Part shown: piece after piece, positions 56,698-64,000 of the stretch
How positions within the stretch are numbered: position 1 is the first letter of the stretch
Layout of the letters: each line of letters starts with the position of its first letter
The notes under the pieces: generated by a model
Told to the model about the DNA's origin: nothing
Seen by the model: the letters and a program-made list of their open reading frames with translations, nothing else
Database searches by the model: none
Origin: a virus
Virus record (IMG/VR): IMGVR_UViG_3300001605_000008
Coordinates: 96,001-160,000 of that record
Strand: one strand, 5' to 3'
Length of the DNA stretch: 64,000 bases
Position numbers and translations under genes: made by a program

Positions 56698-57855
56698 CGC
56701 AGCCAGCAGGTTGCGTAACTGTACCGGATTTCCTGAATTAAAATGCTGTTGATTGTGTATTAGATCCGGTACGCAATCCAGATACAACTGGTGCATATCT
56801 CGTGCTGCGATGTCTTGGATGCAGCGTTTCACCGCCAACCATCTTTGGGTATTATTGATTATTTCGTCGTAACTGTTGTCAATTACCGAGTCGAACACAC
56901 GATATCCATGTTCTCTCAACATCTTTAAACTGTGTGGAGCACCAACGATAACAAACGGCTGCCCATACTTTAAACATTTATAGGTTTTTTCAGTTAAAAA
57001 TGCACCTCCACTGCCATCGGCGTCAAAATGTGTTTCCAACACCAGCCCGCAATAGGAATCAGTATACAAAAAATCAGGAATGAATCTGTGATCATTGTGT
57101 GTGACCGAATCGGGGTGATCACAAAAGTAAGGACCGTTGCTTACAAATGATCTAGTAGCTGATCTCCATCCCGGCAGGATATCTACTTCTATGGGATTAT
57201 CCTTTTCTCGGTCATCGCATCCTATATTGGAATTATAACTCCATAGGCTGTTTTCTAACAATTTACTTTCCAATAAATCAGTCATGACACTGGCTCGCCA
57301 CCATTTGTGTGTTCTGTTCAGTGCGGTAAATTTATAATTCCTGCCAACGGTTGATATGTTCGGCAAGGATTGTCGTCGATTGATGTAATGGAAAAAGAAT
57401 TCGTGATCTGAAAAATAATAAAAATTATCCAGGTCATCAGCAGCTGAATTGGCAGAAATAAAAAGATAGCAATCCAGTGGTAGGGTGTGTTTGGCTAACA
57501 GGAATTCGATTCGATGTTTGATGTTATTGGGATTATCGCCTTCATGATAATAAAACAACACTTTTAATGTGCGACTTCGAAGTCGGTCAAGCACCTGAGG
57601 AGACATCAACGAAAAATAATCACAGGAAAAATCATACCAGGCCACAGCCACTGGGTACCAGGCATCAGCAGGTGCATCACCAACCCAGCATTGTCTCACC
57701 GATATTTCGTGTCTCTGGAAATACACAAAAAGTCTACAAGGTATCGTGCGTGGCCATGTGATATCAAATGCGTCGCCATCGAGATCCGGCTGTGCTAAAT
57801 TTGGATAGCCCAGCACTTCCGGGGCACTCATATGATCAAAGCAAAATGTAATCAT
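56671..57855 (-). CDS. Putative glycosyltransferase-like protein (paralog family)
   Basis: FTALNRTHKWWR, LVLETHF...FLTEKTYKCL...PFVIVG...LREHGYRVF..VIDNSYD; start ATG 57855 overlapping upstream TGA. Confidence 0.5.
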   Translation of the reverse strand: MITFCFDHMSAPEVLGYPNLAQPDLDGDAFDITWPRTIPCRLFVYFQRHEISVRQCWVGDAPADAWYPVAVAWYDFSCDYFSLMSPQVLDRLRSRTLKVLFYYHEGDNPNNIKHRIEFLLAKHTLPLDCYLFISANSAADDLDNFYYFSDHEFFFHYINRRQSLPNISTVGRNYKFTALNRTHKWWRASVMTDLLESKLLENSLWSYNSNIGCDDREKDNPIEVDILPGWRSATRSFVSNGPYFCDHPDSVTHNDHRFIPDFLYTDSYCGLVLETHFDADGSGGAFLTEKTYKCLKYGQPFVIVGAPHSLKMLREHGYRVFDSVIDNSYDEIINNTQRWLAVKRCIQDIAARDMHQLYLDCVPDLIHNQQHFNSGNPVQLRNLLAALTAHSYAV

Positions 57856-58904
57856 TGCCAGGGAGTTATCATCGCAGTGAGTTCTTGCCAAAGAAGATCC
57901 CGGAATCCGCCATAAAACCATTGGTAGTTGTGTTCGACCACTGTGGCTATCTTTTTTTGCATGAAAGAAAGTTTGGCATCATCCCACTGATTTATTTCTT
58001 TGCAGATATCCAGCACAGCAGAAATCCTCTGATCGTCTGGCAACTCATCATAGGTTTCGTCCCAGATGTCTCCAAAGGTTTTAAATCCATAGTTTCTTAG
58101 ATAAGCGAGACTACCCTGTGGCGCTACCAGCAAGAATGGTTGTTGTAATACGATAGGTTTAAAAGTTTTTTCCGTCAGGTGTACGCGATCGCTACCATAT
58201 ACAGTTTCTGTGACTACGTGACAGAAACTAGAGTTGGCCTGTGTCCAAAAATCTATCTTGTGGCTGGAACCTGCATGATTTTTTTCATGATCGATTATCA
58301 GTGGAAGAGTCAGTTCACTGGGTGCTGATATTCCGTGTGAGTTGCACAGCTCCTCAAAAGATTTCCCTTCAAATGGGCACACCTGCGGGCAACTTATCAT
58401 GTTGTTCTCGATGAGGTTCCGTTCAGCTAAACCTGCAATAACTTTTAATCTATGAGCTCTTTCACCGCCAATGATGTTGTTTGCACACAGTAATTTGTGT
58501 TGAAAGGATTTTTCTATCCATGGCCGACCTAGATAAGAATAATTGTAACCACGATACCAATCCAGTGCGGCCCATCCATGGAAGAAATAGTACGCATGCT
58601 TTAGTTCATAAGTATCACACACCCAAGCAACATCCTTGCTGTTGATCTCGCTAGTGACTACTATTTTGGGTCCTTGATATGTTCCACAGAATTGATCGAA
58701 AAAGTTTTTAGCCCGATCACGATACAAGGGTTCTTGGTCCCAGAATATGATTCTCAGATCTGCGACTCCGTCGACAGGGGGTTGACTGCAGATGTCGCTG
58801 AAGTCTGTTGATCCAAACGGGTCAAACCAGTGTAGTCCTACTTTCTTTCGATGTTGCAATGCCTGTAGAAATACGTTATAATAAATTTCATCGATTCTAA
58901 TCAT
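57852..58904 (-). CDS. Putative glycosyltransferase-like protein (paralog family)
   Basis: HVVTETVY...HLTEKTFKPI...PFLLV...LRNYGFKTF..IWDETYD. Confidence 0.5.
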   Translation of the reverse strand: MIRIDEIYYNVFLQALQHRKKVGLHWFDPFGSTDFSDICSQPPVDGVADLRIIFWDQEPLYRDRAKNFFDQFCGTYQGPKIVVTSEINSKDVAWVCDTYELKHAYYFFHGWAALDWYRGYNYSYLGRPWIEKSFQHKLLCANNIIGGERAHRLKVIAGLAERNLIENNMISCPQVCPFEGKSFEELCNSHGISAPSELTLPLIIDHEKNHAGSSHKIDFWTQANSSFCHVVTETVYGSDRVHLTEKTFKPIVLQQPFLLVAPQGSLAYLRNYGFKTFGDIWDETYDELPDDQRISAVLDICKEINQWDDAKLSFMQKKIATVVEHNYQWFYGGFRDLLWQELTAMITPWQ

Positions 58905-60519
58905 GTTTGACGTTTTTTATCTATCTTCGCCCACTGGGATTTTTCCGCACGAAAAGTTCGCAGAATCCATTGACCGGGCTAGAGAACTCAGCCGTACCAG
59001 ATACTTATGGATAGTGGATGGCTGCAATGATTATTCTGATTTTGATTGGTTATGGGAACCCAGGCCTTGGGAATCTGAGCAGGCTCATGTATGGCCCAGC
59101 CAGCATCAAGGAAACGGCAGCACATGGTTGATACCAAAAAACCCTCACAAAGATGTTAATAGAAATCACGCCGTGATTTCTCGAACACGATCTGTTCCTA
59201 GATTGCACATCAAGCATCGATCAGACAGCGCCAATCATGGTGATGTCAACACCAGATACATTTCAGACTATCTAGGTACCTTGAAAAGAGCCCTCGGCAA
59301 AGTAGACTGGCAATATTGCTGGGTGACCTCGGACGTCTGCGACTATTCTGATTTTGATTTCACTTGGCATCCCAGCGAGTGGCAAGATCACATGCTGCAT
59401 GTGTTCGCCAGTGCGGAACAGAAGTTTGGTGATACTTTCTATGTGCATGTTCCTAGTTTCTTGAAAAAATCTGAAAATCTGGCACTGCTGGAATGGTTTG
59501 ACACCCTACACTTTGTAGAGGATCGTCAGGTGCCGAGACATCCTGTGCCTGTGGTGATCTATCACACAGACAGTGTGGTACCCGCGGTATGGGATCATGA
59601 TTTTCGAGATCCTGTGGTAGAATTTTCTAGATATAAACAAGCAAATCTCCGTTCTACTCTCAATCTCTGGCGACAAGACACCAAGGCTGTGACACCTTTG
59701 CGACCAGGCGCTGAGTCTGTGTTGATACCCAGGGAAGTTAAAAATTTCCTCAAAACTCAAATCTATGATTATCCTGTGATAGATCGCGCTCTGAATCTGG
59801 TGCATTCTCGACCCCTGGACATCGTGTTTATTTCGAACGGTGAACATGGCGCCGATCATCACTGGGAGATATTAAAATCCATAGTGCAACAACCGAGGAT
59901 ATTCCCCAATCGATTACATCGAGTAGATGGTGTGAATGGTCGCGTGGCTGCCTACCAAGCAGCGGCACAAGTCAGCACAACCGATTGGTTTTTTGCTGTG
60001 TTTGCCAAACTGCAGGTCAACACAGATTTTGATTGGTCGTGGCAACCTGATAGACTACAGCAGGCCAAGCACTATATCTTCCATGCTTACAATCCTGTAA
60101 ACGATCTTACCTATGGGCATCAAGCCATGATCGCCTACAACAAAAGATTAGTGATGGAAAATATTGGGTCGGGTCTGGATTTTACACTGGATCAGGCACA
60201 CGAAGTAGTGCCCATCGTGTCAGGCACGGCTTACTATGACAACGATCCTTGGACCTGCTGGCGCACTGCTTTCCGAGAAGCGTTGAAACTACGACACAGC
60301 CTCCCTGATGTGGAGAACGGATATCGATTAGATCAGTGGATCAGTGTTGGCAACGGCACCAATGGTCATTGGAGCACCCGAGGAGCGCATGATGCCATCG
60401 AGTACTACGAAAAAGTAAGTGGAAATTTTGATGAGCTCAAAAAGAGCTATGAGTGGAACTGGTTGGCTTCTTATGCCCTGATGATTCATCCAGAGCTTTT
60501 TACACAATCTAAAACTTGA
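58903..60519 (+). CDS. Multi-module glycosyltransferase-like protein
   Basis: Three DFD(W/F)xWxP modules; C-terminal DIVFISNGE...VDGVNGRVAAYQAAA...NDLTYGHQ...WRTAFRE resembles 45115-46038. Confidence 0.55.
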   Translation: MFDVFYLSSPTGIFPHEKFAESIDRARELSRTRYLWIVDGCNDYSDFDWLWEPRPWESEQAHVWPSQHQGNGSTWLIPKNPHKDVNRNHAVISRTRSVPRLHIKHRSDSANHGDVNTRYISDYLGTLKRALGKVDWQYCWVTSDVCDYSDFDFTWHPSEWQDHMLHVFASAEQKFGDTFYVHVPSFLKKSENLALLEWFDTLHFVEDRQVPRHPVPVVIYHTDSVVPAVWDHDFRDPVVEFSRYKQANLRSTLNLWRQDTKAVTPLRPGAESVLIPREVKNFLKTQIYDYPVIDRALNLVHSRPLDIVFISNGEHGADHHWEILKSIVQQPRIFPNRLHRVDGVNGRVAAYQAAAQVSTTDWFFAVFAKLQVNTDFDWSWQPDRLQQAKHYIFHAYNPVNDLTYGHQAMIAYNKRLVMENIGSGLDFTLDQAHEVVPIVSGTAYYDNDPWTCWRTAFREALKLRHSLPDVENGYRLDQWISVGNGTNGHWSTRGAHDAIEYYEKVSGNFDELKKSYEWNWLASYALMIHPELFTQSKT

Positions 60520-61601
60520 TCGGCGATGTATTCCACTGCGAGATCCGTGAGCTCGGGATAGATCGGCAAACTCAGCACACGCCTGCACAGGGCCGATCCT
60601 GTACTGAGTATGTCTGGGCCAGTCCATTGACGATAAACATCAATTTCATGCAACGGCTGAGAATAATGTACACGTGTCTCAATGCTGCGTATAGCGAGAT
60701 TCCTCTGTAGGATATCTCGTTGATCTACATCTATCACGAATTTGTGATAGGCATGATCATGGGCATTATCTCGGTTGATCAGGCAGCGCAAGGCACTGCC
60801 GCGGAATCGATCTCTCCAGTAACTGGCGATCTCTCCCCGACGTTTTTGCCACTCATCGATGTAGCGTGCTTTAACCAACATGTGTGCGCAGTCCACTTCA
60901 CTCATTCGACTGTTGGTACCAATATCTTGATGCGTGGGTTTACCGTTGTTTTTCCATGATTGCGCCCAACGATAAAGATCAGCGTCATTGGTCAATACTG
61001 CTCCACCGTTGCCATAGGCCGGGAGATTTTTCATGGGATCAAACGATATCGCACTAGCACGGCCCAGTCGCACACAGTCAGCAGCCAACCAATGCTGTGC
61101 AGCATCTTCGATCACGATGCGATCGGTCATGGTCCAATTACGCCATGTTTTAACGTCGCCTAGATGCGTGATACTAGCCCCGTACAGTCCCACCAGTATC
61201 ACTGCTTGGAAGTCCGTGTCTGGCACTTTTTTCATATCAAACAATCCATTGGAATCTACGTCAACGAAATGTAGATCCCACCCAGCTCGCATAAAAGCAT
61301 TGGCAGTGGCTGCATAGGTCACAGTGGGCAGCAGCACACGCGGAGTGTTGATGGCAGAAGAATCCCGATAAAATTCAGCAATGCACTCCAGAGCCTGGGT
61401 ACCGGAATGCACAGTCACAGCATACTTTACATGGTTGCGCTTGGCCAACCAATTTTCAAACTCAGCAGTGTTGTTGCCGTCCATGAGCTGTCCAGATCTC
61501 AAGACTTGATCTGTGGCTGCCAGGATCTCCTCTCGGAGATTATGATATTGTTTTTGGAGCCCAGTAAAGGGAATTTTTAAGCCAAGCATGATATCTTTCA
61601 A
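60486..61601 (-). CDS. DegT/DnrJ/EryC1/StrS PLP-dependent sugar aminotransferase
   Basis: HSGTQAL, YAATANA, VIEDAAQ, SFDPMKNL (PLP Lys), GNGGAVLT, NSRMSE, HAYHKF, LSLPIYP; start could be 61589. Confidence 0.92.
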   Translation of the reverse strand: MKDIMLGLKIPFTGLQKQYHNLREEILAATDQVLRSGQLMDGNNTAEFENWLAKRNHVKYAVTVHSGTQALECIAEFYRDSSAINTPRVLLPTVTYAATANAFMRAGWDLHFVDVDSNGLFDMKKVPDTDFQAVILVGLYGASITHLGDVKTWRNWTMTDRIVIEDAAQHWLAADCVRLGRASAISFDPMKNLPAYGNGGAVLTNDADLYRWAQSWKNNGKPTHQDIGTNSRMSEVDCAHMLVKARYIDEWQKRRGEIASYWRDRFRGSALRCLINRDNAHDHAYHKFVIDVDQRDILQRNLAIRSIETRVHYSQPLHEIDVYRQWTGPDILSTGSALCRRVLSLPIYPELTDLAVEYIADQVLDCVKSSG

Positions 61602-62526
61602 AACCTTCTTCGATGTCTACTCGTGGATCAAATCCCAGGTCTCTCCGAGCAGCACTGATATTTAATGCACCACGACTGGGGAAATCTAGATCGCGATCCC
61701 GGCATTCTATGGTCCCTCGTCCGGTGATCTTCACTGCGAGTTCGGCTGCTTCCAACAGAGTTTTGCTATGGCTTTTGGTAATGTTGTAGGTTTTGTTGTT
61801 GGCTTGATCACGCAAGGCCGCGGCCACGATACCATCGGCTGCATCATCTACATAGGTAAAGTCCAGGGTTTCAGTGGCTCCGTTCACTCGTATCACACCA
61901 CCCTTCATGGCAGTGAGCATGAACTTAGATATCACGCGATCTTCCACGTCCAAGGGGCCATACACCGCACTGGGACGGATTATCACATGCGACATTCCGG
62001 ATTTACGAGTGTAGTCTCGAACCAACCATTCACCGGCCAGTTTCATGATGCCATACTGTCCTTGTGGGCGACATAGTGCGTCTTCTGTGACATCATCAGA
62101 GAAGTCGCCGTATACCATGCTGGAACTGATGTAAACAAATTTGCTGACTTGATGATGTACACTGCATTCTAAGAGATTCAGCAGGCCTTCGCTCATCACA
62201 CGGCTTCCGGCCTGAGGGTTGACATTTACTACCTTCTGTCGGGGGAAACTGGCCAGGTGTATCACGACGTTGGGTCGATACACACGCATCAACTCATCTA
62301 TCCCAACCGGATCTGCGATGTCTACACAATGGAACTGTGATCCCATCTCAGGAATCTTCTGCATACGTTCTGCTATTAAATAATCCAGTTCATCTTGAGG
62401 AATTATTCCATATGTGGTTCGTGTATCTGTGACCGAAACATTGCACTCTTGATCCAACAATCTGCGAACCACATTGTGCCCAATTAACCCTAGGCCACCT
62501 GTAACCAGTATTCTTTTATTTTCCAT
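61540..62526 (-). CDS. NAD-dependent NDP-sugar epimerase/dehydratase
   Basis: ILVTGGLGLIG, IHLAS, ISSSMVYG, YGIMK (YxxxK), IRPSAVYGP, DFTYVDD. Confidence 0.92.
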   Translation of the reverse strand: MENKRILVTGGLGLIGHNVVRRLLDQECNVSVTDTRTTYGIIPQDELDYLIAERMQKIPEMGSQFHCVDIADPVGIDELMRVYRPNVVIHLASFPRQKVVNVNPQAGSRVMSEGLLNLLECSVHHQVSKFVYISSSMVYGDFSDDVTEDALCRPQGQYGIMKLAGEWLVRDYTRKSGMSHVIIRPSAVYGPLDVEDRVISKFMLTAMKGGVIRVNGATETLDFTYVDDAADGIVAAALRDQANNKTYNITKSHSKTLLEAAELAVKITGRGTIECRDRDLDFPSRGALNISAARRDLGFDPRVDIEEGFERYHAWLKNSLYWAPKTIS

Positions 62527-62755
62527 ATTTCAGTAGATATTCTGTTAGTTCCGGACCTTCTTCGATCTCTCCACGGATGCTGACACGATATCCCATTATG
62601 TTAAAATCATTTGACGTGTGGTACGTTAGATCTCGTGCGTGTTGCATGACCCACTGTCCTTGTTTGGTCTGCTGCCACTTCCAGATAGGTTCGGCTACGT
62701 AGATATCAACGTCATCTACGTCTCCCATGGTGAAATTATAAAACTCAACAATCAT
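62516..62755 (-). CDS. Hypothetical protein (79 aa)
   Basis: ORF coupled to the epimerase; TATAAT 6 nt upstream of its ATG. Confidence 0.7.
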   Translation of the reverse strand: MIVEFYNFTMGDVDDVDIYVAEPIWKWQQTKQGQWVMQHARDLTYHTSNDFNIMGYRVSIRGEIEEGPELTEYLLKYGK

Positions 62756-62773
62756 GTTGATATTATAACAGGA

Positions 62774-63448
62774 CTAGCTGTTGGGTGCAACGAATTCCGA
62801 TACCATGGGAAATATTTCCGCGATGACTTTCGCACAGATTTGGGCAATCTCTCGATGTTCTTTTTGCGTACCGTTTCCAGATCTTAATTCAATGAAATGG
62901 CACCATGAACGCAGTGTTCCGTTCATGTACAATCGGCTTTCTGTAAGTCCTTCGGGCAGCACAGCACGAGCCTGTTCCTTGGCGATGCCATTCTTCCTGG
63001 CCCATTCATAGGCATCTCGTACCGCGAACAGCACACGCTTCTGTGCTCGCTCCCATTCGATCTGTAGGACATCATCGTTGACTTCCACGGAGTTCTGGCG
63101 ATTTTTTTCATCCTGGAGCCTGGCTTCTCTCAGCACAAAGTTGAGTTCTTGTGTGGGATCTGCATAACGCTGTGAAAATTCCTGGAATGAAAAACTACGA
63201 TGTCTCAGGATCTGTCGGGCGATGTCTCTGGTAGTGGTAATCTCTACACAAGCAGATACCATCTCAAGTGGACTCCAATGCTGATGCTTGACAAGGTATC
63301 GGATCAGCTTCTCTGATGTTTCGGTGTTGAGTTGGTTGGCAGGATTTGACACTCGAGCGCAATACGCAACCAGTTCCTGCGCATCTGCGATACCTATGTT
63401 TTTAAATTCTTCAGTGGGTTGTGAGTAGGAAACAAGACGGGTATTCAT
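62774..63448 (-). CDS. thyX: Flavin-dependent thymidylate synthase
   Basis: HWSPLEM, RQILRHRSFSFQEFSQRY, EQARAVLP, LRSWCHFIELR, TQKEH; AAGGA SD. Confidence 0.95.
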   Translation of the reverse strand: MNTRLVSYSQPTEEFKNIGIADAQELVAYCARVSNPANQLNTETSEKLIRYLVKHQHWSPLEMVSACVEITTTRDIARQILRHRSFSFQEFSQRYADPTQELNFVLREARLQDEKNRQNSVEVNDDVLQIEWERAQKRVLFAVRDAYEWARKNGIAKEQARAVLPEGLTESRLYMNGTLRSWCHFIELRSGNGTQKEHREIAQICAKVIAEIFPMVSEFVAPNS

Positions 63449-63457
63449 TTTTATCCT

Positions 63458-63982
63458 TTATAATTCAGAAGGTTCTTTTAACAGTTGACATTGAAGGCCG
63501 ATCCTAGGATACCTAGCATTTTTTGAGAACCATACATCATGTGGAATTCCAGCATCTATCAGAGCTGGAGCTATTACTTCCCTACGATCTATTTCTTCTA
63601 GGGTATTGTAATCATGGTATGATGTCCCCCCTAAATGATTTACTTCGGCGATGGGATCATCTATTATCTTGAACCATCGATTAAATGATCCCTGACAATT
63701 CAACACAGGCCAACTTAGTTTATATCTAGCTGGTGGAGTGTCGGTATGTGCACCACAGGCGTGAGTATCACGGGCTATAGTTACAGCAACATTTTTTATT
63801 TCTAAATTAACATTTTTTAACCAAGATAAAAATAATGGTGTACTTTGTAGTAACTCAATCACAGACACTGGATTCCAAAAATTTTTACTATTCATTAATA
63901 AAGGTTGTGAACTGATCCAAAGATATATTTCATTGTTTATTTTTTCATAATCTTGGCAAGATATCTCTTTAAAAAAAAACAT
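63458..63982 (-). CDS. Hypothetical protein, possible 2OG-Fe(II) oxygenase/cupin fold
   Basis: AHTD (HxD), LSWPVLN, IPHDV, RIGLQ; AT-rich. Confidence 0.5.
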   Translation of the reverse strand: MFFFKEISCQDYEKINNEIYLWISSQPLLMNSKNFWNPVSVIELLQSTPLFLSWLKNVNLEIKNVAVTIARDTHACGAHTDTPPARYKLSWPVLNCQGSFNRWFKIIDDPIAEVNHLGGTSYHDYNTLEEIDRREVIAPALIDAGIPHDVWFSKNARYPRIGLQCQLLKEPSEL

Positions 63983-64000
63983 AATTAGATATCTTTTAAA

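Noticed and set aside
1-64000. Stop-codon reassignment (common in some huge phages)
   Set aside because: Core genes are full length in the standard code and TAA, TAG and TGA all terminate genes; the two broken genes are frameshifts, not in-frame stops.
1-64000. CRISPR or TIGR-like repeat array, IS element, intein or intron in core genes
   Set aside because: No regularly spaced repeats, transposase, Cas or Nop-domain protein seen; gp46, gp47, thyX and gp6 show no obvious insertions.

Overview
A 64-kb, densely coding segment of a large T4-like (myovirus-type) dsDNA phage, standard genetic code; no host genes, rRNA, tRNA, CRISPR array or transposase seen. Left to right: (1) a tape-measure-like protein with a lytic-transglycosylase domain (minus strand, runs off the window) divergent from a gp26-like/gp51-like pair that looks joined by a -1 slippery site; (2) a ~490-nt highly base-paired non-coding element downstream of a GIY-YIG nuclease gene; (3) the T4 recombination/late-transcription core (gp55, gp47, gp46) interleaved with modification enzymes; (4) a baseplate module (tube initiator-like, gp53, hub-like, gp5, gp25, gp6) and a ~4,690-aa virion protein split by a one-base frameshift, then tail-fibre-like genes; (5) a ~21-kb island with five radical-SAM enzymes (eight in the whole window), glycosyltransferase-like proteins, a carbamoyltransferase, a DegT aminotransferase and an NDP-sugar epimerase, ending at thyX. 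Best leads: the -1 frameshift (G/GT-like chaperone) at 2789-2795, the structured RNA candidate at 3030-3517, the radical-SAM/glycan-tailoring island, and an unusual promoter architecture (shared AAACT-N5-GTTTTTA-N7-TAAATA motif, many apparently leaderless transcripts). All product calls come from motif recognition by eye, not from database searches.
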